Below are positions 39,289 through 48,268 of a stretch of 64,000 nucleotides of DNA, in pieces. Numbering within the stretch: the first letter of the stretch is position 1; the number at the start of each line of letters is the position of its first letter. Under the pieces are notes generated by a model that worked only from the letters and a program-made list of their open reading frames with translations, was not told the DNA's origin and searched no databases. This stretch comes from Patescibacteria group bacterium (GTDB taxonomy: Bacteria > Patescibacteriota > Minisyncoccia > Phycocordibacterales > Phycocordibacteraceae): the NCBI GenBank assembly GCA_038064495.1, contig JBBTSZ010000002.1:480002-544001 (forward strand), given 5' to 3'. The position numbers and the translations under genes are program-made.

Positions 39289-41505
39289 TTACTTCGCAAC
39301 CGCTGTTGCTTCATCAAACTTCACGGAAAGGAGTTTGCTGATGCCATCACCGCCCATCGTAACGCCGTAGAGAATGCCCGCACGACTCATCGTCTCGCGA
39401 TTGTGGGTGATGACGATAAGCTGAGAACGCTTTGCGAGCTCTTCAATCATGTCGCCATAACGGCGTGAGTTTGCCTCATCAAGCGCCGCATCGGTCTCGT
39501 CTAGTATCAAAAATGGCGGTGGGTTCACCTGGCTCATTGCAAAGATAAGGGCGATAGACGTGAGTGCACGCTCACCTCCGGAGAGTTGCATGAGTGACTG
39601 CACTTTCTTCTTTGGCAGATGCACGGAGATTTCAATACCCGGCTTTCCTTGTTTCTTTTTCTTTGGTGCGTCTTCCTCCTCGTACAAATCTTCGTCCTCT
39701 TCCTCGGCAACATCAAATTCTTCCAGTACGAGCTTCGCTCCACCCCCACCGAACATAATCGCAAAATATTCACCGAAGGAACGGTTGACGGAGGCGAGGC
39801 CTTCCGCAAAAGACTTGCTGAGTTCCGTATCCAATTCAAGAATAAGAGCACGGAGCCCCTCGGCTGATTGCGCGAGGTCCGCAAGCTCACGTGCGAGAAA
39901 TGCTTCGCGGTCGGTTGCGTCCGTGTATTCCTTACGCACATCTTCACCAGTTCCTCCCGCTTCCTCTACACGAATCTTGAGGCGCTCGAGAGTTCGCTTT
40001 CTGTCTTCCTGCGCACGGCGCTCCTCATGCGAAAGTTCCATCTCCTCGTAGGAAAATGCGCTTGCTCCGGCAAGCGCGAGCACCTCTGCTCGGTCCCGCT
40101 CGAGCTCATCCGCTAGCATCTGGAGCTCACGAAGCCTGGCTTCTTCACGCACCACACTTCCCTCCTCGCGTGCCTTACTTTCCGCGAGGCCGAGAATGCG
40201 ACGCTTCTCTTCGCGTCCGGTCTCTTCGTGAGCAAGTGCAGCCTCGCGCGCCTTCATGAGCTGACTCCTCGCTTTTTCTATATGTCCTTCAAGTTCAGCA
40301 TCCTTCTTTAGCAGGGTTTCGCGTTCACGATCAAGTTCGTAGACCGTGTTCTCTTCCTCCTTCAGATAATCGTCGTTTGGCGCGGCATAGCGCTCAAAGA
40401 ATGCGACGACCGCACCCCGAAGTGCACCAAGCGCCGCACGCACCGCGCCAGGCTCTGCGTGCTCACTGATGTTCGCTTCACCCTCCACAATATCGCGGAG
40501 CATGGAGAGGTCTTCGCGAGTGACTTTTACGTACGGATCGCGTGCAACCGCAACGGAGCGTTTCTTTGCTTCGTGGAGTCCTCCCTCAACGCGACCAATT
40601 TCACGAGCGAGACCACTTCGTTCACTACCAAGTCGGTCCACTTCGCGCTCTGCCTGACGAATGGCTTCGGTACGCTTCATGCCCTCGCTGTCGGTTGTGG
40701 CGCGTTCATCAAATGCAGCGAGTTCGTTCGTTGCCGTGAGGAGTCGCTCGCTTGCGACACTCTTCCGCTCGGTAGCGGTGGCACGCTCGTCAACAATGTA
40801 GCGCTCTTCGCGGGCAAAATACTCACGAGCAAGACGTGCGAGCTCGCGTGCAATTTCTTCTGCACGCTCTACTTTCTCTACTTGTTTCTGAAGAAACCGG
40901 AGGTGTGGAGCAATCTCACGACGAAGCGCTTCTACTTCTCGCACATTTTCTTCAGCGCGCTCAAGCTTGCGCTCAGCTTCCTGTTTTTTGAATTCATAGA
41001 ACTTGAGGCCAAGCGCGTCCTCAAGCATGGCGCGTCGCTCACGAGGGTGTGCAAGCAAGATACGATCTGCTTCGCCTTGGGAAATAATATGGTGGCCCGT
41101 CTCGCCAATGTTTGCAGACGCAAGGAGTTCCTGCACATCACGAAGCCGCACTTTAGAGCCGTTAATCAGGTATTCAGACGAGCCGTCACGAAATACGACA
41201 CGCTCCACACTTACCTCCTCAAAATCAAGTTTCGGGAAGATGCGCTTTCGGTTATCAAACACAATCGCAACTGAAGCGCGATTGCTTCGAGCAGTTGCGT
41301 GTGAACCAGCCCAAATCAGGTCCTCACTACGCTTTCCGCGCATGCTTTTCATGGACTGCTCGCCAAGCGCAAAGCGGAATCCTTCCGCAACGTTTGATTT
41401 ACCCGAACCGTTTGGACCAACGATGGCAGTAGCGGCACTTGAGAAATCAAGTACCGTTTTCTTCGCGAACGATTTAAAGCCGACTATCTCGAGCCGTTTC
41501 AGCAT
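39289..41505 (-). CDS. smc: SMC-family ATPase lacking a recognisable hinge (738 aa)
   Basis: N-terminal head LEIVGFKSF...GPNGSGKSN and C-terminal signature LSGGERALTSIALIFA...LDETDAALD. Only coiled-coil and an acidic/basic low-complexity insert lie between them. Confidence 0.8.
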   Translation of the reverse strand: MLKRLEIVGFKSFAKKTVLDFSSAATAIVGPNGSGKSNVAEGFRFALGEQSMKSMRGKRSEDLIWAGSHATARSNRASVAIVFDNRKRIFPKLDFEEVSVERVVFRDGSSEYLINGSKVRLRDVQELLASANIGETGHHIISQGEADRILLAHPRERRAMLEDALGLKFYEFKKQEAERKLERAEENVREVEALRREIAPHLRFLQKQVEKVERAEEIARELARLAREYFAREERYIVDERATATERKSVASERLLTATNELAAFDERATTDSEGMKRTEAIRQAEREVDRLGSERSGLAREIGRVEGGLHEAKKRSVAVARDPYVKVTREDLSMLRDIVEGEANISEHAEPGAVRAALGALRGAVVAFFERYAAPNDDYLKEEENTVYELDRERETLLKKDAELEGHIEKARSQLMKAREAALAHEETGREEKRRILGLAESKAREEGSVVREEARLRELQMLADELERDRAEVLALAGASAFSYEEMELSHEERRAQEDRKRTLERLKIRVEEAGGTGEDVRKEYTDATDREAFLARELADLAQSAEGLRALILELDTELSKSFAEGLASVNRSFGEYFAIMFGGGGAKLVLEEFDVAEEEDEDLYEEEDAPKKKKQGKPGIEISVHLPKKKVQSLMQLSGGERALTSIALIFAMSQVNPPPFLILDETDAALDEANSRRYGDMIEELAKRSQLIVITHNRETMSRAGILYGVTMGGDGISKLLSVKFDEATAVAK

Positions 41506-41538
41506 TACAAAAAGTATACCGCACGATGCTCACTTCAG

Positions 41539-42444
41539 TTATGCAGCGAGTCGAAAGGCTCCTGGCACAAGCGTGCGAGCGAAGGTTATGAAGTCCTGCT
41601 GGTTGGCTTCAGCGACGTTATCGTTCGCAATTTGTATAGACTCATCAAATCTTGAGAAGAGCTGGTGCACGCGTTCTATCTTTTTTTCATCAATCCCAGC
41701 GAGTTCTGTTTTGAAACGAGCTTCTCTTCCCCGGACGAATCCTTCCTGTACCGAAAGCCACGTACGGTAGCGTGTCTGATACGCCTGCTGCACCGCTTCG
41801 GGGATGTCGCTCGGAGACTCTGCCCGTTTGAGCGCCTCAATAATATCGAGTTGCTCTTCAATGAAAAGCTGTCTTCCTTCTTCTTTAAAGGTCTCAGGCT
41901 CCATCGCACCTGACGAAAGGTCGGCGAGCACTGCCGCCCGAATGGTTGGGTCCGTCGTCTCGTTTAACCCCTTCTGCATAACTGTCTTATTATCTATATC
42001 CCAATCCGGTTCAGTTATTTGAATCGCAGAACGTACCAACTCGTAGTCTGCCTCGGTAAAGTCTCCGTCCTCCTGTTCCTTCATCCACGCTACCGCTTCC
42101 TCAGCTGCTGCGCGTTCGTTGTCGCCTATCTTCCGCTTACGAAATACCACTCCTTCGCCTTTGTCTTGCGGTTCCCATTCCTGTACGACGTCATGGAATG
42201 ATGCGGCAATTACCACGAGCCGTTTCTGTTCTTCCGAGAGTTCGAGTGCTTCGGCAATTTTAAGCGCACGACGAATCACCCCTTCCGTATGACTACTGTT
42301 GTGGTACGCAAGACGATTTTCCTCCGGACCGGTCTCAAAGCGGGCGCGAACCAATTCAAGAGCATGCTCCTGTGCTCGCTCTTCAATATTCTTATGTACA
42401 CCCTCTTTCGTTTCTGCCTTTATCCTCCCGGGGAGTCCTTCCAT
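41539..42444 (-). CDS. Hypothetical protein, possible HD-domain phosphohydrolase
   Basis: H...HD-like residues (NSSHTEG...SFHDVV). Confidence 0.4.
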   Translation of the reverse strand: MEGLPGRIKAETKEGVHKNIEERAQEHALELVRARFETGPEENRLAYHNSSHTEGVIRRALKIAEALELSEEQKRLVVIAASFHDVVQEWEPQDKGEGVVFRKRKIGDNERAAAEEAVAWMKEQEDGDFTEADYELVRSAIQITEPDWDIDNKTVMQKGLNETTDPTIRAAVLADLSSGAMEPETFKEEGRQLFIEEQLDIIEALKRAESPSDIPEAVQQAYQTRYRTWLSVQEGFVRGREARFKTELAGIDEKKIERVHQLFSRFDESIQIANDNVAEANQQDFITFARTLVPGAFRLAA

Positions 42445-42456
42445 ATCTCTAGAGTA

Positions 42457-43209
42457 CTATTTCCAACCGTTAACATCGAGTGCTCGTTCTGCGGCTGATT
42501 GCTCTGCCTCTTGCTTGCTCTTTCCATCACCTCGTGCGAGTTCTTTCTCGCCAAGGAACACGCCCACAATGAATTTCTTATCGTGATCAGGACCTTCTTC
42601 AGACAAGGTCTTGTAGGTAGGCGTAATATTCTTCTTTTCCTGTGCGGCTTCCTGTAGACGTGACTTTGCGTCTTGGTATGCCTTGTTCGCGATGATGGCA
42701 TCAATCTTTGGATAGAGATGTTTTGCAACGAATGCTTCAGCCGCGTCATACCCTTGGTCGAGATAGAGTGCGCCAAGCACCGCTTCAAATGCGTTTGCAA
42801 GAATGATGTCGCGCGCTCGCCCAGTGTCCTTTGCCTCACCCTTTGATAGAAAGAGCATGTCGTTCAGTCCCATCATCTTCGCACTCTCCGCAAGCGATAC
42901 GGTGTTTACGAGCGAGGCGCGGTACGCCGTAAGATCTCCTTCAGGATTACTTGGAAACTTCGTAAAAAGAAAGTGGGTGGTAGCAAGTTCCAGTACGGCG
43001 TCGCCAAGAAACTCAAGACGTTCATTATGAGGACCTGCGGCCTTGTTCTCATTCAGATAGGAGCGATGCGTGAGAGCCTCCACAAGGAGGTCCTTATTCT
43101 TGAACGAAAGTCCGAGGACTTCTTCATGCGTGGCACTTTGGTTCATACACGAAAGACTATCGTAAAACGCCAAGAATGCCAGTGACGTATAAAAGTGTAC
43201 CCCTCCCAC
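42457..43209 (-). CDS. rnc: Ribonuclease III
   Basis: ERLEFLGDAVLEL signature and a C-terminal dsRBD. Confidence 0.92.
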   Translation of the reverse strand: MGGVHFYTSLAFLAFYDSLSCMNQSATHEEVLGLSFKNKDLLVEALTHRSYLNENKAAGPHNERLEFLGDAVLELATTHFLFTKFPSNPEGDLTAYRASLVNTVSLAESAKMMGLNDMLFLSKGEAKDTGRARDIILANAFEAVLGALYLDQGYDAAEAFVAKHLYPKIDAIIANKAYQDAKSRLQEAAQEKKNITPTYKTLSEEGPDHDKKFIVGVFLGEKELARGDGKSKQEAEQSAAERALDVNGWK

Positions 43210-43251
43210 GCGGACGTGGGAGGGGCTTGAGGAACATTCAAATGCTAGTGT

Positions 43252-43893
43252 CTAGAGTCCAAGTGTCACAGGGTCCAGATTGCGGACCAGAAGACGACAC
43301 TGTGTGCCTTGAAAAAGGCGGTCAGACCACTCATCACGCCCCTCCATCCAATGATACATTCCAGGATACACACGACCAATAAAGACCGAACCGTATTTAT
43401 CCCGAGAAGGGTAGAAGTTGGAGTAGCCGTTAGTGCACATCCCCGTCATTTTGCCTCGGTCAGTAAGGTCCGTCATCTCCTCAATATGAGCTGAGCCAAC
43501 AAGATAGCCGCGCTCTTTAAGAAGTTTGACTATCGCTTTATACGGAGTGTGCACCGGCACACCGAGCACAGAGGAGAGCCACTCTACGAATTTAGCATCT
43601 CGCACTGGACTTAACACCGTAATAAAGCTTCCGTCTGCGAGCGCAGTCACCATCGCATCCGTAAACAGTGGTGGTACTTTCCGGGAAGCGACTTTTTGGG
43701 CCGGCACACTAGCCGGACTCTTGAGACTCTCAGCAAGACTTTTGAGCCACGTAGTGTAACGCACCATACGTTCCTTTGGTGCGAGGTCGATGATGGTCTG
43801 CACTTCTTCGGACGTAAGTTCATCCCACCTTATTTCCTGGCTGAATTGGCCTACAAGTGTGAGAGCTTGACCGCGTGTTACGGCTTTACCCAT
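43252..43893 (-). CDS. Hypothetical protein
   Basis: About 213 aa from the internal Met. Confidence 0.4.
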   Translation of the reverse strand: MGKAVTRGQALTLVGQFSQEIRWDELTSEEVQTIIDLAPKERMVRYTTWLKSLAESLKSPASVPAQKVASRKVPPLFTDAMVTALADGSFITVLSPVRDAKFVEWLSSVLGVPVHTPYKAIVKLLKERGYLVGSAHIEEMTDLTDRGKMTGMCTNGYSNFYPSRDKYGSVFIGRVYPGMYHWMEGRDEWSDRLFQGTQCRLLVRNLDPVTLGL

Positions 43894-44049
43894 GACATGT
43901 TCTCCTATGGAGTGAGCGCTTGACCATTTGCACCTTGCAAACAGCTTGACGCAGCTGTGGTTTCGCCACAGCAGGAAACGGCCCGAATGAGGCACTTTCT
44001 GCTGGGGCGAAATTCTCTATTTTTTCAAAGAGCTTTATGTACTAAAACA

Positions 44050-44949
44050 TTATTTTCTTGATTTGTCCAAAAGCTTCTGCACCGCTGCCGTCACAATCGG
44101 CAACATATCGTCATAGAAGTTGAGGTCGAGAATGTCTGGGAGGCGGAACCATTTTGCGTCGTCTAACCCCCCACTCTTTTTGAGCTCAAGTGTCTCAAAC
44201 GGTGAATGCACGAGGAAGAAGTACACGTGCTTACGCACCTTTCCTTTTTCAGGGTGACTCGCGACATACTCGTTTTCTCCTACCTGACTTTCGACTCGCA
44301 CATCAGTGAGACCCAGTTCTTCAGCCACTACGCGCTTTACGCCCACTTCAGGAGTTGCATCATTTTCAATATGTCCCTTGGACAAGGTCCAGCGTCCAAA
44401 CACGTCATGCACGAGCGCAAGATAGTACTGTCCGTCATGTTCGGCGTAGACGATGGCACCACCGAGCTTCTCAAGTGGCAAGTCTTCGCGCTTCACACGC
44501 TCTTTCTTTCCGGTTTCTTCTTTACCTGGCTCACCAAGCTCTTTATAGACGGCACCGAGCACGCCGTTTACAAAACGACCACTGGAATCTCCGCCGAACA
44601 CTTTGGCAAGTTCAATTGCTTCGTTAATAGCTACCTTTGCTGGCACCTGTGCGCGATCGGCAAAGAGAAGTTCGTAGAGACCGATGCGGAGAATATTTCT
44701 ATCGACGGGTGCAATCTTATCGAGTGGCCAATCGGGTGCTGCTTTTTCAATCACGAGGTCGAGGTCAGGCTTTTTTGCTAGTACCCCTGCGAGGAGGGCT
44801 TCCATGAATGGCTTATCGGTATCGTCTCCACCGAATTCTTCGACGTTACGCTTCAACATTTCGTCGGCACCTTTTTCGTCGGCACCAGTAGAATCCCACT
44901 CAAAAAGAGTTTGCAGAACTACCGAACGGGCTAGGTGTCTATTCGCCAT
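44050..44949 (-). CDS. nusB: NusB antitermination factor fused to a C-terminal NUDIX hydrolase domain
   Basis: NusB core LRIGLYEL...KVAINEAIELAKVFGG...FVNGVL; C-terminal Nudix box GHIENDATPEVGVKRVVAEELGL. Confidence 0.85.
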   Translation of the reverse strand: MANRHLARSVVLQTLFEWDSTGADEKGADEMLKRNVEEFGGDDTDKPFMEALLAGVLAKKPDLDLVIEKAAPDWPLDKIAPVDRNILRIGLYELLFADRAQVPAKVAINEAIELAKVFGGDSSGRFVNGVLGAVYKELGEPGKEETGKKERVKREDLPLEKLGGAIVYAEHDGQYYLALVHDVFGRWTLSKGHIENDATPEVGVKRVVAEELGLTDVRVESQVGENEYVASHPEKGKVRKHVYFFLVHSPFETLELKKSGGLDDAKWFRLPDILDLNFYDDMLPIVTAAVQKLLDKSRK

Positions 44950-45038
44950 ATGAAAGAGCTATACACCTACAATACCTCAGAATTGAAAACACACGAGTCG
45001 CTTCCACGACTCGTGTGTATATCGTTCTATTGAAACTA

Positions 45039-45497
45039 TTATCCTAACTTGAGTGCTTCTCTTAGAGTCTCACGAAAACCCGGAAGCAGTTTAACTTTAT
45101 ATGCTTCGCTGGGTTTTAACCACATATACTTTTGTGCTTCCCAATCTAAAATTATTTTATCAGTGTTCACCTTGACGAGTACCGGATGAACAATCCAAGT
45201 CTTCTTATACTTCGGTGCTTCTTGGAGCAAAATCCTTCCAAGTTTGATTGAGTTGATATTTCTTCTTGAAAACCCAACTTCCTCACGGAGCTCTTCGTAT
45301 ACTTTTTGATCAAGACTTTTATGGTCGTCAAGAAATCCTGATATTCCATTCCAGTATCCTGGATAGAGTCGCATGTTCTTACTCCTCTGTACTAAAAGAA
45401 TCTTTCCATTAAAAAACAGGACGCAGTTCAGTACTGGTGCCCAGCGAACATTTGTAAAATCGACCTGTCCCGGTTTTGGAATAAATCTCTTTTCCAT
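45039..45497 (-). CDS. NUDIX hydrolase
   Basis: Nudix box-like GISGFLDD...YEELREEVG; low GC. Confidence 0.65.
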   Translation of the reverse strand: MEKRFIPKPGQVDFTNVRWAPVLNCVLFFNGKILLVQRSKNMRLYPGYWNGISGFLDDHKSLDQKVYEELREEVGFSRRNINSIKLGRILLQEAPKYKKTWIVHPVLVKVNTDKIILDWEAQKYMWLKPSEAYKVKLLPGFRETLREALKLG

Positions 45498-45657
45498 AGA
45501 ATAAGTTTACCAAAGTCCTCATTAGATTCTTCAGAGTCGCTAATAATGATTTTAGATACGAGGCATGGGGAAAGCGGAACTGGAGGCGTATGTGGTATAC
45601 GACGAAGGGCCCGCTGGGGGGCCCATAACACTTTAGATGAAATTATTTTAGCGAACT

Positions 45658-46002
45658 CTAGACGCCGCCGCCGAATCCAGAACGACTCTTCGCCTTCCCT
45701 GTCACCATGCGTCCAAGAAGTCCTTGGGACTTTGTTTCGCGTTCCTCACCAATTGGACTGGTGTTGGTTCCCTTCTCTACCTTCTCGGCTTTCGCCTTTT
45801 CCTTGTCCTTCTTCTCTACCTTCTTTATCTCCTTCTTGGAAACAATCTGCTTGCCGCGGTACATACCGGTGGATTCATCAAGCGTGTGTGGAAGACGTAG
45901 TGCGCCTGATTCTTTATCGGTCACCAAATTAGTCCCCGAAAGCGCATGATGGCTTCGGCGGTTCTTGGTGTGCGAACTCGTGTGGCGCATTCGTACTGAC
46001 AT
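45658..46002 (-). CDS. rpmF: 50S ribosomal protein bL32 with Lys-rich C-terminal extension
   Basis: [27 protein letters not shown]...YRGKQIV matches the bL32 N-terminal pattern. Confidence 0.8.
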   Translation of the reverse strand: MSVRMRHTSSHTKNRRSHHALSGTNLVTDKESGALRLPHTLDESTGMYRGKQIVSKKEIKKVEKKDKEKAKAEKVEKGTNTSPIGEERETKSQGLLGRMVTGKAKSRSGFGGGV

Positions 46003-46454
46003 AGTCTTGCCACCCTACCATAAAACGCTCCAGAAAGTCTATATACTGCGTTACGGGTCCCAATTTCCTCGCTACGCCCTATAGAAATACGTCTCCGCTC
46101 CTCATTCGCCCGTGCCTTGTTTCTATACTTCCTGGAGCGTTTTATCACGGCTAAAAAGTCCCTATATAGGGTATTTTTAAGCACCTACGGGCTCTTGTGG
46201 TTTTTCCTTCGCGTGTCACCATAGAGAAGGAAGCTACGAGCGGGACCTCGTGCAAGCATCCAGAGCCCAAAACTGTTACTCACACTGGGAAAGACCCATG
46301 AAAACGTACACACCACGGTCTCTACGGAATGCTCATTTCAGGGAGGAGTCACGAAAACGATTCATTCGTCCTTATGATTCTGGGTAGCGGATATCCGCCT
46401 TCCAAACCCAACCCAGGGACCACGAAGTCTCTGCTCACTTTTGCACGCTTCTGC

Positions 46455-46492
46455 GTGTAAAACATCGGGGGTCGCGCTTGCGCGACCCCCGA
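46455..46492 (-). terminator. Intrinsic terminator for rnhB
   Basis: cgggggtcgcgcttgcgcgacccccg followed by a T-rich tract on the minus strand. Confidence 0.65.
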
Positions 46493-46500
46493 ACCATTTT

Positions 46501-47097
46501 CTAGAGATGTACGAACGTCGTTCGGTGAAGAGCACAAAGCCCGTGCTCACGGAGTGCCTCGTAGTGTGCCTTCGTGCCGTAGCCCTTATGTATTTCAAAC
46601 CCATACTGCGGAAATTCTGATGCTACCTTTTTCATATACCTATCGCGCGTCACTTTCGCAGCTATGGAAGCGAGCATAATGGCAGGTACGAGAGCGTCTC
46701 CCCCGATCACGGTCTCCTGTTCATATTCAGGCGGTGCCTTGAGTGAACCATCCAGAAATACTTTTCCGTTTTCGGGATTCTCGAGTAATTTCCGCACACC
46801 CAGACTCACCGCGTTCCGTACGGCAGGCGCGATTCCACCCTCGTCAATCAGTCGAGCTGAGACGAGTTGCACTCGCACACTAAGCGCTTCTTTTTTCAAT
46901 TCTTCCTGCAGAAGCGCGAACAAGGCTTCCCTCTTTTTCTCGCTAAGTTTCTTGGAATCGTTGAGTCCAGGGAAAACCGCGAGAAAATCGTATCCCTCTG
47001 GCGCACAGACGATGCCGACCGCAACGGGACCTGCAAGTGGTCCACGTCCTGCCTCGTCTACCCCTACTACAAATCTATTTCCGGAGTCCGAGTGCAT
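46501..47097 (-). CDS. rnhB: Ribonuclease HII
   Basis: VVGVDEAGRGPLAGPV active-site motif; the start is placed at the internal Met26. Confidence 0.88.
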   Translation of the reverse strand: MHSDSGNRFVVGVDEAGRGPLAGPVAVGIVCAPEGYDFLAVFPGLNDSKKLSEKKREALFALLQEELKKEALSVRVQLVSARLIDEGGIAPAVRNAVSLGVRKLLENPENGKVFLDGSLKAPPEYEQETVIGGDALVPAIMLASIAAKVTRDRYMKKVASEFPQYGFEIHKGYGTKAHYEALREHGLCALHRTTFVHL

Positions 47098-48160
47098 CAC
47101 GTAGTGTATTAGCTTTAAAGGCAACTGACTCAAGAGCCCGAATACGTTTTGCATATGCCTGTATGCGAGCACGTGGTTTCACTTCTTTATCCGGATTCGC
47201 GACAACATCTAAAATATTTTCGAATGAGAGGTTCCCTATTCCATCCAGGTAAATGAGGTGGTCTGCTAGCGTGACCAACTCAGGATCAGTCGCTAATACC
47301 TTTTCCCATTCACCAACCAAGCCATGCAAATCTTGGTTTCCATTTATATAGGCCTGAACAAAACTATTCCAAAGTTGTTCCGTAGGGACTTCAAGACGTG
47401 ATGCAAGCATTTCAAGTAAAATAGAGAACGTAAGACGTTCTAATGAATAGGAGCCATCACCAATTTCCGTATACACATTATCGTCTTTAAGATATGAACT
47501 GTTACCCGTTCGTATCAGATATTCCCGTAACACTTCCTGCCCAATATTCTCAGTAATGGCTTCATTAAGACCAGTGCCGAGTTTAAGTACTTCCGTTCCA
47601 TCAAGGTTAGTGGTAATGAATGTCTCCTTTAGACCAGACTTAATGACAGATTTAAGAGGATACGTTCTTACCTCAGAACGTTCTTTCGCGTTTATCCATC
47701 CCTCACAGGCATACCCTCCTCGTATATGCGTGGATTCATGAGTAAGTGTACGCAATATATTAATCATCTTCTCGGGCGGAGCTGATTCACCGTCAGAAAG
47801 TTCCCAAAGAAGATCGATTCCCCCCGTTTCAACATTTGCTCTTCCAGTAAGGGTTGACTCGCTGTGTTCATTTACTTGTAATTCTTTATGAAAGGTTATG
47901 CTGTCCTTTTTTATTTTGTGACCACTATTATTTACTGCTCCTGAACCACCTGACTTTTTTTCGAGTGAATCAAAAATCTCGTTCAGAGTTTTAAAATCTA
48001 CAGCGTCAAGAAACTGTTCCGGAGACGAGATCTTCTCAAAATCTCCTTTGAACTCCATTTCAGGCGTAAGTGTCAGCTCGGGCAATTGTTCGGGCTCTTT
48101 CGCTGCATCTACTACTTCCTGCTTTGGTGAGACTCTCTTACGCCAGAATTCCATGGACAA
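47075..48160 (-). CDS. Hypothetical protein
   Basis: 361 aa, relatively low GC, no recognised motifs. Confidence 0.45.
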   Translation of the reverse strand: MSMEFWRKRVSPKQEVVDAAKEPEQLPELTLTPEMEFKGDFEKISSPEQFLDAVDFKTLNEIFDSLEKKSGGSGAVNNSGHKIKKDSITFHKELQVNEHSESTLTGRANVETGGIDLLWELSDGESAPPEKMINILRTLTHESTHIRGGYACEGWINAKERSEVRTYPLKSVIKSGLKETFITTNLDGTEVLKLGTGLNEAITENIGQEVLREYLIRTGNSSYLKDDNVYTEIGDGSYSLERLTFSILLEMLASRLEVPTEQLWNSFVQAYINGNQDLHGLVGEWEKVLATDPELVTLADHLIYLDGIGNLSFENILDVVANPDKEVKPRARIQAYAKRIRALESVAFKANTLRDALGLRK

Positions 48161-48268
48161 ATCCTATCACGGCAGGATTTGGTATCCTGTAGCTATGTCA
48201 CGTTTCGTCCATCTCGCACCAAAAACTCGTAAGACTCGTTTTTGTACGGGACAAGCCTCCACACTACT

